Below are positions 34,829 through 44,109 of a stretch of 64,000 nucleotides of DNA, in pieces. Location: the IMG/VR virus record IMGVR_UViG_3300044658_000058, positions 1 through 64,000 of that record. One strand, written 5' to 3'. The notes under the pieces were generated by a model. It saw only the letters and a list, made by a program, of their open reading frames with translations. It did not search any database and was not told the origin of the DNA. This stretch comes from a virus. Made by a program: the position numbers and the translations under genes. Each line of letters begins with the position of its first letter. Position 1 is the stretch's first letter.

Positions 34829-36504
34829 ATTGAACCACCAAAAACTGCCATTCTATCTGTCAAATCGTCGATAAAAACTCTTGGATTGTTCTGCATTAGT
34901 TGATTCCCAATGAAGAATGCTCCAGTACACGTGTCTGTTTCTTTATATTCATATTCATCACCGTGAACTATATGATATGCCCACACATTTGAACCGGTCC
35001 TGTGACGGAGAATCTTCATCAATGGTCCTACGGAATTTCTAGAACCCAGAAAATTTTCGCACATATCAACCATATAATTAGATTTCAAATCGGTATAATT
35101 ATCGCCATAGATCGTCGCTGTACATCCTCCATCTGTGATGAAGATCGTATTCATCACATCGATCCGTTTTGTTTCCATAAAATCCAAAACCATAGTTTTG
35201 GCATAGTGGATTGTGGAGCTTAACGGAGTTCCAGACTTCAATTTCTTGCGTTTCAGACGGAGTGTCTTAGCCAGAATTGTCTTGGCTGAGTCCGTTGACG
35301 ACATGAGCGGAACCAACCCAAACCCGCATTTTATGAGTGCGCATTCGTGTGGTTCATCCTGAAATCCATAAGCCTCAAACGGCATTGACAGTTGCTTACA
35401 AAACAAGGTCAACAAATAAAGATGTTCGACCACATTTTTCCAGACTCCAGACATGGAACCCGACATATCAACATAGATAATGAAACCATGATTCTTCTGG
35501 CGATCTATGATCATCCGGCGAAGCATAACGTCATCATTATATTTGTAGGAATGCAACTTAAGAGGGTCGAGCATTCCCGTATCCGCCATCAGATTTCGGG
35601 CATAGAGGCGACCGTTTTTCTTTCTTTGAAACAGAGAAACCATCCTATTGATAAGATAGCGGCCCGGCAACGCTGTTTCTTCGTCGGGCAACTCTGCTTC
35701 GAAAGAAAAATCTTTCGTCAAAATTTTTCTGTAATTGGAATCAGGAACATCAATATGACCACGATTGAACCATGAGTTCGTTTGTTGGGTTTCGATAACA
35801 GCTATCTTGACGCCAAGCTTTTCCAGAGTTTGGAGAGTTTTAACTCCCTTTTCACCTTCAAGATCGCCATCGAAAACACCAAGAGTTAGAACCACATCTT
35901 CATCGGAAGACTGTTCTTCCTGTGGCAATTGTGCGAAGAAATCGTCTGCAATCTCTTCGATTTGGGCAAACGTCTTTGCAGCATTTGTCCGATCAATCCA
36001 AACTTGTTCCTCTGGCGTGAATGTCAAGCCATACGGATTACCAATTGGCGTGGTTTTGAAGTACAAATTCAGGCGATTAATCAAGCTCATGGCTTGCGCC
36101 GCTGCTAAATCGCCTTGCAATTCCCAAAGATCAAGATTGTATATAAGTTCGTGAACACCTTCGGCATACCATTTCTTCATGCCGACATAGCGTTGTGGCA
36201 TCAGCCGGTCAATTCTAGCATCCTCAAAAACGTTCAGAATGTCTCGATATACAGCCCGTTGGTTTTTGGGACGACTCCGGATAGCTCTAAGCCAGTCTTC
36301 CGCTGGCGTGAAGATAGCATGAGAAATTTCGTGACAAAGAAGAAACCGCTGCAATTTCCTCGTACCGTCCCACGCTGGTAGATATAGCGTTCTGGTTTCA
36401 AGGTCAAAGCAAGCAGTTTCTAGTTTGGAATCTATCGAAACTCTAATGTTCTCTTGTGCTAGTACATTCGAGAAAACATTAGCATATTCAATAGAAAATT
36501 TCAT
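34825..36504 (-). CDS. CobT-like metallopeptidase plus vWA protein
   Basis: HEISH, EDARI, DMSGSM MIDAS, ITDG. Confidence 0.8.
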   Translation of the reverse strand: MKFSIEYANVFSNVLAQENIRVSIDSKLETACFDLETRTLYLPAWDGTRKLQRFLLCHEISHAIFTPAEDWLRAIRSRPKNQRAVYRDILNVFEDARIDRLMPQRYVGMKKWYAEGVHELIYNLDLWELQGDLAAAQAMSLINRLNLYFKTTPIGNPYGLTFTPEEQVWIDRTNAAKTFAQIEEIADDFFAQLPQEEQSSDEDVVLTLGVFDGDLEGEKGVKTLQTLEKLGVKIAVIETQQTNSWFNRGHIDVPDSNYRKILTKDFSFEAELPDEETALPGRYLINRMVSLFQRKKNGRLYARNLMADTGMLDPLKLHSYKYNDDVMLRRMIIDRQKNHGFIIYVDMSGSMSGVWKNVVEHLYLLTLFCKQLSMPFEAYGFQDEPHECALIKCGFGLVPLMSSTDSAKTILAKTLRLKRKKLKSGTPLSSTIHYAKTMVLDFMETKRIDVMNTIFITDGGCTATIYGDNYTDLKSNYMVDMCENFLGSRNSVGPLMKILRHRTGSNVWAYHIVHGDEYEYKETDTCTGAFFIGNQLMQNNPRVFIDDLTDRMAVFGGSI

Positions 36505-36878
36505 ATAGCCTTTTTGAAATCCTCTGCGAAAGACTTAAGTCTTTTTATAGATATCACACGTTCTTTTCGGTTACGTAGTTCCTGTTCAACTTTCGCCAAA
36601 GCATCTTTACGTTCACGATCAAGCTTTGCAGTTTCCCATACAAAATCATGAAAATCTGGATCGAGTTTGATCTTTTCGCTATTGAAAACACGTCCACCAT
36701 TTGTCCTAACAACAGTAAACATATGAGTATCTTCTGAAACAGTAACATAAGTATTTTCGTAATAGATGGTGGCATGACTTCCACCAAAATCTGTTCCTTT
36801 TACAGTATTTTGAATGCAAGTATTCACCAATTCATCATAGATTTTCTGTTGTTCTTGACGATATTCTTCGCCTGTCAT
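36501..36878 (-). CDS. Hypothetical protein
   Basis: 4-nt overlaps at both ends. Confidence 0.6.
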   Translation of the reverse strand: MTGEEYRQEQQKIYDELVNTCIQNTVKGTDFGGSHATIYYENTYVTVSEDTHMFTVVRTNGGRVFNSEKIKLDPDFHDFVWETAKLDRERKDALAKVEQELRNRKERVISIKRLKSFAEDFKKAI

Positions 36879-37414
36879 TTACGTAGTCCCATTAGTTTGT
36901 TTGTTGAATACATGATACCTGTGCGCTTAGCACACTTCCGAACCATCATATCGACTTTGAGTTTCGAGAAACCAGCAAAGAATGGTTTGCCATCGATATG
37001 ACACATTTCGTGTTGAATGATACGGGCGGTCAAACCAGAAAGCGTGGCTTCCTTTTCCTCGCCGCTGACTGTCTGGTACTGGACCGTGATTGTCTTTGCC
37101 CGTTCAACCTTGGCAATGAGGCCGGGGAAGCTCAAACACCCTTCCTCCATCAAATCCGTTTCTGTGGACAAGGATTCGATCTTTGGATTGAACATCGGCA
37201 TGATCGATCCGGCGTCACGACCATTGCCGAATACGAAAACGGAATATGGAATGCCGATTTGGTTGGCAGAAAGGCCATAACCCTTCATTTCCGACAATGC
37301 GCTTTTCAACGTCTCGAATAGCTCATGAGCGTTCTGTGTGGCGAAATCGAACGGAATTGTGGGAATATAAAGGATAGGATTGTCGGAAGCGACTAGATCG
37401 GATTTGTTGGTCAT
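36875..37414 (-). CDS. def: Peptide deformylase
   Basis: GLSANQ, EGCLS, QHEMCH. Confidence 0.92.
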   Translation of the reverse strand: MTNKSDLVASDNPILYIPTIPFDFATQNAHELFETLKSALSEMKGYGLSANQIGIPYSVFVFGNGRDAGSIMPMFNPKIESLSTETDLMEEGCLSFPGLIAKVERAKTITVQYQTVSGEEKEATLSGLTARIIQHEMCHIDGKPFFAGFSKLKVDMMVRKCAKRTGIMYSTNKLMGLRK

Positions 37415-37584
37415 TCTTTGTACCTTTCTATCGCCCGTATTGCGGCTCGGGCTTCGTCTTTAAATTCTTTCCAGAGTTCGCATCGTGACGAATCTTCGGA
37501 ATTGCAAATCAGGCAGAGTCGCTTGTTGATGGTCTTGCCAGCCGCAAGACATATCTCACGACTGACTAACTCCACTTTCGACAT
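37411..37584 (-). CDS. Small Cys-containing hypothetical protein
   Basis: Manual ORF MSKVELVSREIC...CLIC...ARAAIRAIE; ATGA overlap with def. Confidence 0.55.
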   Translation of the reverse strand: MSKVELVSREICLAAGKTINKRLCLICNSEDSSRCELWKEFKDEARAAIRAIERYKE

Positions 37585-38347
37585 GGCGATATCTCTCTTC
37601 GATTCGGAGCGGATTGCTGCGAACCATGCGTGTCCGGATGACCGGTTTTGTAGGATGATGTTCGAAAGGAATAGTCGCCAATTCCTTCAAAGTCAAGTGC
37701 CTTTCTTCCGTGACACGGGTAATTTCGGTTCCTACTCGGAAACAGGCAGCATGTTCTTCAAAGAAATCAATGCCAAACGCTTTGATCATTTCCAACTTTT
37801 CCTTTGTGGTCTTTCCCATAAGTTTGGAGTGGCCAAAAAGGAAATGTGCAGCCGATTGGACGGAATTTTTAAAGGCGTCTTGTTGCCTCCAAAGGATCAT
37901 ATTGTTGGCTTCTTCCATGGTCGGAACGTTGATAATTCGGCAATCAAACGATGGAATCGTTTTTGGTGGCTCGCCAAAATATGAACAATAAGCAAGCGTG
38001 AATTTGGCGGCACACATCGCCGCTAGGACCGATGCGAGCTTCTGAATCTTGCCATCGAACATGAACTGCGATAAACCGTGACACGGTTCCCAAATCAGCG
38101 AAATTTCATCTGACTGTGTGTACCCAAGGACAGCCTTGGTTTCATAGGCCAGATATTCGGTCGTATCCTGCATACAGGCGGACATGTCACGGTCAAATGG
38201 CCGCTTCATTCTCCGGGTAAAACTAGAGAATGAACGACCATCCAAACGAGCATAAACCGGCAGAGATGTATCAAGCTTCTGTTCCGTGAAAGGTCTTTCA
38301 TAAGCCTTCATGCGGTCACCGAAGTTGTCGTGGTGTTTTGTACTCAT
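37556..38347 (-). CDS. tRNA(His) guanylyltransferase-like 3'-5' polymerase (Thg1-like protein)
   Basis: RLDGRSF, QSDEISL, FDGK.QKL.S, FDCR, WRQQDA. Confidence 0.9.
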   Translation of the reverse strand: MSTKHHDNFGDRMKAYERPFTEQKLDTSLPVYARLDGRSFSSFTRRMKRPFDRDMSACMQDTTEYLAYETKAVLGYTQSDEISLIWEPCHGLSQFMFDGKIQKLASVLAAMCAAKFTLAYCSYFGEPPKTIPSFDCRIINVPTMEEANNMILWRQQDAFKNSVQSAAHFLFGHSKLMGKTTKEKLEMIKAFGIDFFEEHAACFRVGTEITRVTEERHLTLKELATIPFEHHPTKPVIRTRMVRSNPLRIEERYRHVESGVSQS

Positions 38348-39327
38348 GTATACTTTGTTTCAACTTTATCTGGCCATAGAGGATAGTTCACATCTTTATA
38401 GTGACGTTCATAATAATCTGGTCCATAATAAGTTTGATCTTTACTCTTCCATTCGTTATGGAATATTTCGTTGATTTCCTGTTGCGTCAAAGTGAAAGCA
38501 TCTTGCTCTTCTTTTGTCGCATGGAAATAATAATGCCGGTCACCATATGGGATTTCTGGCATCGGTTCATCCGATGCGGTGATGATCGCTTTGTCACTTA
38601 GTTTTCTGGCGAAATTGTAGTGGCGATAATTCGGATCGTGTTTAGACAGATAAACAAAAACCAAATACGGTTGCTTATTCTGTTCGATGAAATAATGGGT
38701 ATTTCTTGTGGCACCATATCCATAGTAGAATTTTTGCGTTTTGTTCAACGGATCATTTTTATCCACATCACGATATGTGAGAGATGAAACATAGAATGTC
38801 CCGATATATCGGCCATTGACGGTAGGCGATTCCACCATGTCACCGACTTCAAGCTTTTTGCGCTCTGGTGGAGCGAGGAAAGTCAGATAGCGTTCATCGT
38901 TTACGGAAATCAGATGGTTGATTGCACCGATGCGGCCCCAAAGAAATTCACCTTGGATTTCGCCTTTCAGGAAATCATTGTGGTTCAGAAGGTCGGAAAG
39001 GTTGTGAGCGGTGATTTCAAGCTGGAAACCACGAGGATCATTGATTCGGAACCATTTGTTTGAGGTTTCATATCGAGATACTGAATGATCGAAGCGAAAG
39101 CCTGACAATGGCTTGTTTTCGAGCGTGAGTGCTTCTAGGCGCTTGTCCGGCTCATTGGGATGATACAGAGCCCAATTCCAGTGCTTGCCAGCCCATTGGT
39201 CTACCGTCTCTTTGCGCTTCTGTGCAGCGGAATCGGTTCCATCCGGAACCGCAAAACCAAGAACGTCGCCATCGTGTTCAACTTTACGACCGACGTAAAG
39301 TTGTTTCGGAAAATTACAAATTTCCAC
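38344..39327 (-). CDS. Conserved phage hypothetical protein
   Basis: LGFAVP...KRKETVD.W, I.DPRGFQLEI..NL. Confidence 0.7.
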   Translation of the reverse strand: MEICNFPKQLYVGRKVEHDGDVLGFAVPDGTDSAAQKRKETVDQWAGKHWNWALYHPNEPDKRLEALTLENKPLSGFRFDHSVSRYETSNKWFRINDPRGFQLEITAHNLSDLLNHNDFLKGEIQGEFLWGRIGAINHLISVNDERYLTFLAPPERKKLEVGDMVESPTVNGRYIGTFYVSSLTYRDVDKNDPLNKTQKFYYGYGATRNTHYFIEQNKQPYLVFVYLSKHDPNYRHYNFARKLSDKAIITASDEPMPEIPYGDRHYYFHATKEEQDAFTLTQQEINEIFHNEWKSKDQTYYGPDYYERHYKDVNYPLWPDKVETKYT

Positions 39328-39354
39328 TCAAAAATCCTGATTGTGTGATTAAGG

Positions 39355-39430
39355 CGGGCGTCCTCACCAAACTAGACGAACCCGGCCATAGCGTTGTGGC
39401 CCGGTATGGGATTCGAACCCATGTTTCCCG
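39355..39430 (-). ncRNA. Circularly permuted tRNA-like unit 2
   Basis: CGGG-AAAC-ATGGG TTCGAAT CCCAT-ACCGGGCC-A, linker, then GGCCGGGT-TCGTC TAGTTTGGTGAG GAC-G-CCCG. Confidence 0.75.
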
Positions 39431-39439
39431 AGAATTCAG

Positions 39440-39514
39440 TAGGGCGTCCTATCCGCTAGACGACCTCGCCCATAAATGGTGGGCGAGGGCTGGATTCGAA
39501 CCAACGTTTCCCTA
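39440..39514 (-). ncRNA. Circularly permuted tRNA-like unit 1
   Basis: TAGGG-AAAC-GTTGG TTCGAAT CCAGC-CCTCGCCC-ACCA, linker TTTAT, then GGGCGAGG-TCGTC TAGCGGATAG GAC-G-CCCTA. Confidence 0.8.
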
Positions 39515-39521
39515 AGCTTTA

Positions 39522-39550
39522 TATATACGACTTTTAGAAAGAAATGTCAA
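39522..39550 (-). promoter_or_regulatory. Sigma70 promoter directly upstream of the permuted tRNAs
   Basis: TTGACA-N17-TATATA; predicted +1 near 39514-39516. Confidence 0.65.
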
Positions 39551-40163
39551 CTCTTTTTTGATAAAGTGCATCACCAAAAATATGATATTTTTCTAAATCG
39601 ATTTCTTTTCTCACAAAGCCATGTTTTTCCATGAAGGCATCCACGGTGGCAACAGAAGCACTATTTTCATACATAACTTTTCGCCACACTTCCAATAGAA
39701 TATATTTAATGTTTTTAAGAGTTTCTATTCCACCATTCAAAACAAATAATTCATATCCTTGAACATCTATAACAAGAGTATTGTATATCATTTCATGATC
39801 GATGAAATATTCGTCTAAAGATGTTTGTAATATAGATTTTGGCGTAAACGATCTTTCTGGATATTCTATTAAATGATTAGTAGGTTTTAAAATTGAACTA
39901 GAAACACCATTTTTGCTTGACTCAAAAATGGTGACCGTTGAAGTTTTATCACCCAAAGCAATATTTTCAGCGATCATCTGTGGATATGGCTTTATTGTGT
40001 CCAAAAGTTCCTTGAATGGTCCTTCAAGAGGTTCAAACAATAGTACAGGAACATCTTTTTTCGCATAGAATGGAACTTCCTGTCCAATATGAGCACCGAC
40101 ATGAATTACGCCGGTGACATCTTTTCCAGACAGGTACATTTCCGCCGCTGTATCGTCTGCCAC
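39534..40163 (-). CDS. FkbM-family methyltransferase
   Basis: HVGAHIGQE, FEP, IDVQGYELFVL.G. Confidence 0.85.
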   Translation of the reverse strand: MADDTAAEMYLSGKDVTGVIHVGAHIGQEVPFYAKKDVPVLLFEPLEGPFKELLDTIKPYPQMIAENIALGDKTSTVTIFESSKNGVSSSILKPTNHLIEYPERSFTPKSILQTSLDEYFIDHEMIYNTLVIDVQGYELFVLNGGIETLKNIKYILLEVWRKVMYENSASVATVDAFMEKHGFVRKEIDLEKYHIFGDALYQKRVDISF

Positions 40164-40171
40164 GATAATTC

Positions 40172-40501
40172 CTAATTATTTGCTGTTGGGACGTTTTTGG
40201 TTGGAATATAGATCGGATAATCTAGATTTGGTTTTTCGTGCCTTTCTAAGCCTTCAAGAGCAGATATAATATCTTTTGAATTCTTTGGTGTTAGATTACC
40301 CAACAAAGCTTTTGCTGCTTTGTACAGATTCTCGTCATCGAGAATTTTACAATTTGCCAGATCAATAATATTTCTTGGATTTTTAAGAGACTGCGATGCC
40401 CACGCTTTCTCTTTATTTGAATTTACCAATATTGTCCATAAAACAGCTACCTTCTCATTCAAATCTTCTATTTGTTCTTCTAATTCTTTTATCTTATTCA
40501 T
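40172..40501 (-). CDS. Hypothetical coiled-coil protein
   Basis: AAGGT SD, ATG start. Confidence 0.55.
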   Translation of the reverse strand: MNKIKELEEQIEDLNEKVAVLWTILVNSNKEKAWASQSLKNPRNIIDLANCKILDDENLYKAAKALLGNLTPKNSKDIISALEGLERHEKPNLDYPIYIPTKNVPTANN

Positions 40502-40513
40502 CTATTTAATACC

Positions 40514-41332
40514 TTATGCAAAATCAGTTGAAGAACTGGCTACTGTCATGTTAACGAGTGTCCAGTTTATGTTGTTACCTGAAGAATCAGAACCCAATGT
40601 TGTAACAGAAGAATTATCTTCAAAACGAAGATAGAAACCCTTTGCGCCAAAAGTTCCTGTATATTCAATCGGCTCACTTAACGTAGCAAAATCAGAGGGC
40701 GTGAGTTGTTGTCCGTCAACAAAAATGAATTCATCCAATAGACCATCATAAAAGCTACCGGAAGATTCATCACGACCTATAACAGTGACAGAATAATTAT
40801 TATTAATAGACGCATTAGCATTTAGAGTATAATCTATGTTTGTACTGAACGATGTAATTTCTGTTCCGTCAACATATATTCTAGTTCTCAAAGATGCTGT
40901 AGATTGTGAAGTGTCAATAGCTACAACCAAATGATGCCAAGAAGAATCTACACCGAAAGAAGCAGTACTTTCTTTCCTCATAATAAACGACCCAGATAAT
41001 CTATCTATGACAAGTAGTTTATCCAGATTATCGAATCCTATAAAGAATCTATTATTCGTATCTGTTCCAGATGTGAATATTCTTTGAAAACTGGCACCAG
41101 ATTCTCTTTTGAAAAACGTGCTAATCGTAAATGTTTTTCTTGAAGTTCCTCCGGCCCCCCAAGATAGGGTCAAACACTGTGAACTTGACGATTCAAAATC
41201 AAGACTTCTTGTGTTAAATGGTTCCAAAAGACCTAAAAAGTCCCCAACGCTTACAAAGCTAAATGTCCCATCACTTTGAAGAATATACAAGTAATCGTTG
41301 TTGGTCGGTGTTATAGAGGGTATGGTTGGAAT
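40514..41332 (-). CDS. LamG/concanavalin-A-like domain protein (virion-associated candidate)
   Basis: TFTIS..KR, WHHLVVA.D, FVDGQQL.P.DF, FG..GFYL.F, DSSGN; start may be ATT 41332 or TTG 41290. Confidence 0.75.
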   Translation of the reverse strand: MPTIPSITPTNNDYLYILQSDGTFSFVSVGDFLGLLEPFNTRSLDFESSSSQCLTLSWGAGGTSRKTFTISTFFKRESGASFQRIFTSGTDTNNRFFIGFDNLDKLLVIDRLSGSFIMRKESTASFGVDSSWHHLVVAIDTSQSTASLRTRIYVDGTEITSFSTNIDYTLNANASINNNYSVTVIGRDESSGSFYDGLLDEFIFVDGQQLTPSDFATLSEPIEYTGTFGAKGFYLRFEDNSSVTTLGSDSSGNNINWTLVNMTVASSSTDFA

Positions 41333-41373
41333 TGTACTAGTTCCTTATGTCGTTTCTACTTCTAGTATATATC

Positions 41374-43086
41374 TCAAAAGGAATCCATTGAAGAAAAATT
41401 ACCTTTTTTCACCACTTTCATAACCCGGTCAAAGTTATCCACCATGTTCTCACGATGAGAGATGACGATGATGTTGGTATCTTCACCCATAGAGCGCAGG
41501 ATTTCGAACACATATTTGATACCATCTTCGTCCAGAGAGGAGTCACCAACTTCGTCAAGGATCAATAGATTAGTGGCCATGGAATTCTTCTTTTTTGCAA
41601 TTTGCCGCCAAGCAAAAAGAATAGCCAAATCAATGCGCTGCTTTTCACCTTCCGAAAAATTTTCATAAGAGAAATCATCCCGGTAACGAGATTTGATCGA
41701 CTCTTGAAAATTTTCGTCCAGATTGAAGCTCACATAGAAATCCATAGCAGACAGATATTCGTTAATAAGCTCATTCATATAAGGAATGTAGCGCTGTACG
41801 ATAGCCGTCTTTAGGCCGGTGTCTTTCAGCATGAGCGCCGCCACGTTTTCGACTTCACGTTCATTCATCAACTTCTGTTTCGTTGCGAAATATTCTGTGA
41901 CTAGCTTACGAGCCTTTTTCAGATTGGCCTTGGTGGCTTCCTCTTGCGTGGCATCTAGGTCATCCACCAAATCAGTTTCCAGTTTGGCGATGAACTTGTT
42001 GTTGATGTGGACGGAGGATTGAAGCTCGGATATCCTACGATTGGTTCGGTCAAGAGCGTCGATAACCGCAGCCTTCTTTTCCAACGTTTCGGCAATCTGG
42101 GTTAGCTTCGCCTTTTCGGTGGCGATGCTTTCTAACAATGGCTCAAACGCCGTGGTGTGATTGTGAATTTCTTCGGCCTTGAAAGTTCCGTCGATGCTCT
42201 GTCTACATGTCGGACAATGGTCGTTTTTCTCATAGAAAGCGACACGGGTTTTGTGTTCCCGCACCTTTTGTTCCATGGTCTGGGTGAACGACTCTATCGT
42301 CTTCTGCTTTTCGACAAGCTTGGCAAACTTTGCCTTTTTGTCGTCAAGAGTGTCCTTTTCCGTCAGAAGCTCCGTTATTTGCTTCTGTGTCATTTCGTTC
42401 TCACCAAGCAGACGGTCAATTTCAGAACGGGCACGGTCCTTTCGATCCTGTTTCTGTTTATTGATAGATTCAAGAAAGTCTTCATTCATTTTGACTTTCT
42501 CTTGTTCGATCTTCAAGAATCCTTCTATCTCTTTAAGGTGTTCCCGGTTTTCTTCTTGCTGTTCTTTTAGCAAAGCATTCATTCGAGAAAATACAGAGAT
42601 ATCAAGCAAATCTTCGATGATTTCACGACGCTGTTGCGCCGTCAAACGCATGAAAGGAACGTAATTGTTCGATCCGAGAACGACAATCTGCTTGAAAGAA
42701 TTGAAGTTCAAGTTCAGAACATTCTCTTCGATATATTTCTGATAATCCTTAGACGAAGCCGACTGGTTAATCAATGTTCCGTCCATATAGATTTCGAACA
42801 CGGCAGGCTTAATGCCACGTCGGATCATGTAGGTTTTGCCCTTCGTCTCGAATTCGATTTCTACCAGAAGATTCTTGCCATTGATGGAGTTCACCAATTG
42901 CGGCTTATTGATCTTGCGGAAATCCTTGCCGAACAACGCAAAAGTCAGCGCTGAAATCATGGTTGATTTGCCAGCGCCGTTTTGTCCGATGATCAATGTT
43001 CTTGGGTGTGAACTTAAGTCTATTTCGACGGGATCATTGCCGGTAGCGAGAAAATTTTTGTATAATAGACGTTTAAAAATTACCAA
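41374..43086 (-). CDS. 46: Recombination endonuclease subunit gp46 (Rad50-like)
   Basis: GQNGAGKS, CPTC hook, FSEGE, LILDE. Confidence 0.95.
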   Translation of the reverse strand: MVIFKRLLYKNFLATGNDPVEIDLSSHPRTLIIGQNGAGKSTMISALTFALFGKDFRKINKPQLVNSINGKNLLVEIEFETKGKTYMIRRGIKPAVFEIYMDGTLINQSASSKDYQKYIEENVLNLNFNSFKQIVVLGSNNYVPFMRLTAQQRREIIEDLLDISVFSRMNALLKEQQEENREHLKEIEGFLKIEQEKVKMNEDFLESINKQKQDRKDRARSEIDRLLGENEMTQKQITELLTEKDTLDDKKAKFAKLVEKQKTIESFTQTMEQKVREHKTRVAFYEKNDHCPTCRQSIDGTFKAEEIHNHTTAFEPLLESIATEKAKLTQIAETLEKKAAVIDALDRTNRRISELQSSVHINNKFIAKLETDLVDDLDATQEEATKANLKKARKLVTEYFATKQKLMNEREVENVAALMLKDTGLKTAIVQRYIPYMNELINEYLSAMDFYVSFNLDENFQESIKSRYRDDFSYENFSEGEKQRIDLAILFAWRQIAKKKNSMATNLLILDEVGDSSLDEDGIKYVFEILRSMGEDTNIIVISHRENMVDNFDRVMKVVKKGNFSSMDSF

Positions 43087-43831
43087 TAGTATGCTTCTCT
43101 ATTCTATCAATTGCAGCATTGTAATAGGTTTCATCACGTTCAATACAAATCCATCGTCTTTTAGTATTAATTGCTGCAATAGCTGTTGTACCGGAGCCAG
43201 CCGTGTTGTCCAAAACAATAGCATTTTCATTTGTATAAGTTTTGATAAAATATTCAAACAATGAAACCGGTTTTTGTGTTGGATGAATAATATTTTTAGT
43301 GGTCTGTGATGGAAAATCTATTATTCTTTTTGGGTTCAAACCATCGACTTTTCTACCGACATCTGGCTTTATACTAGATTTTCCAACTGTATCTGTATTT
43401 CTGTCTCCGTTGGTATGTCTTGTAACATATGAACCGGGCCTCAATTGTTTGTTATACACACATTGTTTTCTATAAAACACAGCAACATCTTCATAATCCA
43501 ACATGGGCATTCTGTTGGCATTTAGAGAACCTGTGAATTTATTGACTTTATTCCACACCCAACAATATTTGAAATCTTTTACGTTAGACATAATTAATGC
43601 AGAGGTAAACGGTTGGCTTGCCGTCAAAACAATTGGAGCTGCCTCCTTAGAAATTCTGTAGTATTCTTTCCACAATTCATCAAAAGGTATAATTGCGTCC
43701 CATTTACATTGCGTGGTTCCATAAGGAAGATCACAAAGCACCATATCTATACTATTATCAGGCAGTTTTGCCATTGCATCAAATGTGTCTGCCTGATAGA
43801 AAATTCCATTATCAAATTTTTTGTAAATCAA
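43073..43831 (-). CDS. N6A/N4C DNA methyltransferase (beta class)
   Basis: DLPY, HPTQKP, DNTAGSGTT. Confidence 0.9.
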   Translation of the reverse strand: MIYKKFDNGIFYQADTFDAMAKLPDNSIDMVLCDLPYGTTQCKWDAIIPFDELWKEYYRISKEAAPIVLTASQPFTSALIMSNVKDFKYCWVWNKVNKFTGSLNANRMPMLDYEDVAVFYRKQCVYNKQLRPGSYVTRHTNGDRNTDTVGKSSIKPDVGRKVDGLNPKRIIDFPSQTTKNIIHPTQKPVSLFEYFIKTYTNENAIVLDNTAGSGTTAIAAINTKRRWICIERDETYYNAAIDRIEKHTIGNF

Positions 43832-44109
43832 GAGTTTTCTTCAATCCATGTCAGAAAATACTTCACCAATTCATTGTACAGTCCAGCGTATTCATCACGA
43901 AATGGGATTTCCGGATACACTCTTCTGACAAGAGTTATAACAACCCACGACGGATGGTCCATCAAAAGTTCATAGACATGTATTCGAGCATTTTCATCAT
44001 CTACAAGCGTCTGGAAAAGAGCATGTTCCGTCCACATTCTTGGATTGGAATGAAAATGGGTGTCAGCATGTATCTTGTCGAGTACAGCCTTGTATTCTTC
44101 AAATGTCAT
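43828..44109 (-). CDS. Hypothetical protein
   Basis: 4-nt overlaps at both ends. Confidence 0.55.
   Translation of the reverse strand: MTFEEYKAVLDKIHADTHFHSNPRMWTEHALFQTLVDDENARIHVYELLMDHPSWVVITLVRRVYPEIPFRDEYAGLYNELVKYFLTWIEENS

Noticed and set aside
39394-39471. A single conventional tRNA (5' half of unit 1 plus 3' half of unit 2, apparent GAA anticodon)
   Set aside because: Acceptor strands GGGCGAGG and ACCGGGCC do not pair and the anticodon arm is malformed. Each half pairs far better with its permuted partner.
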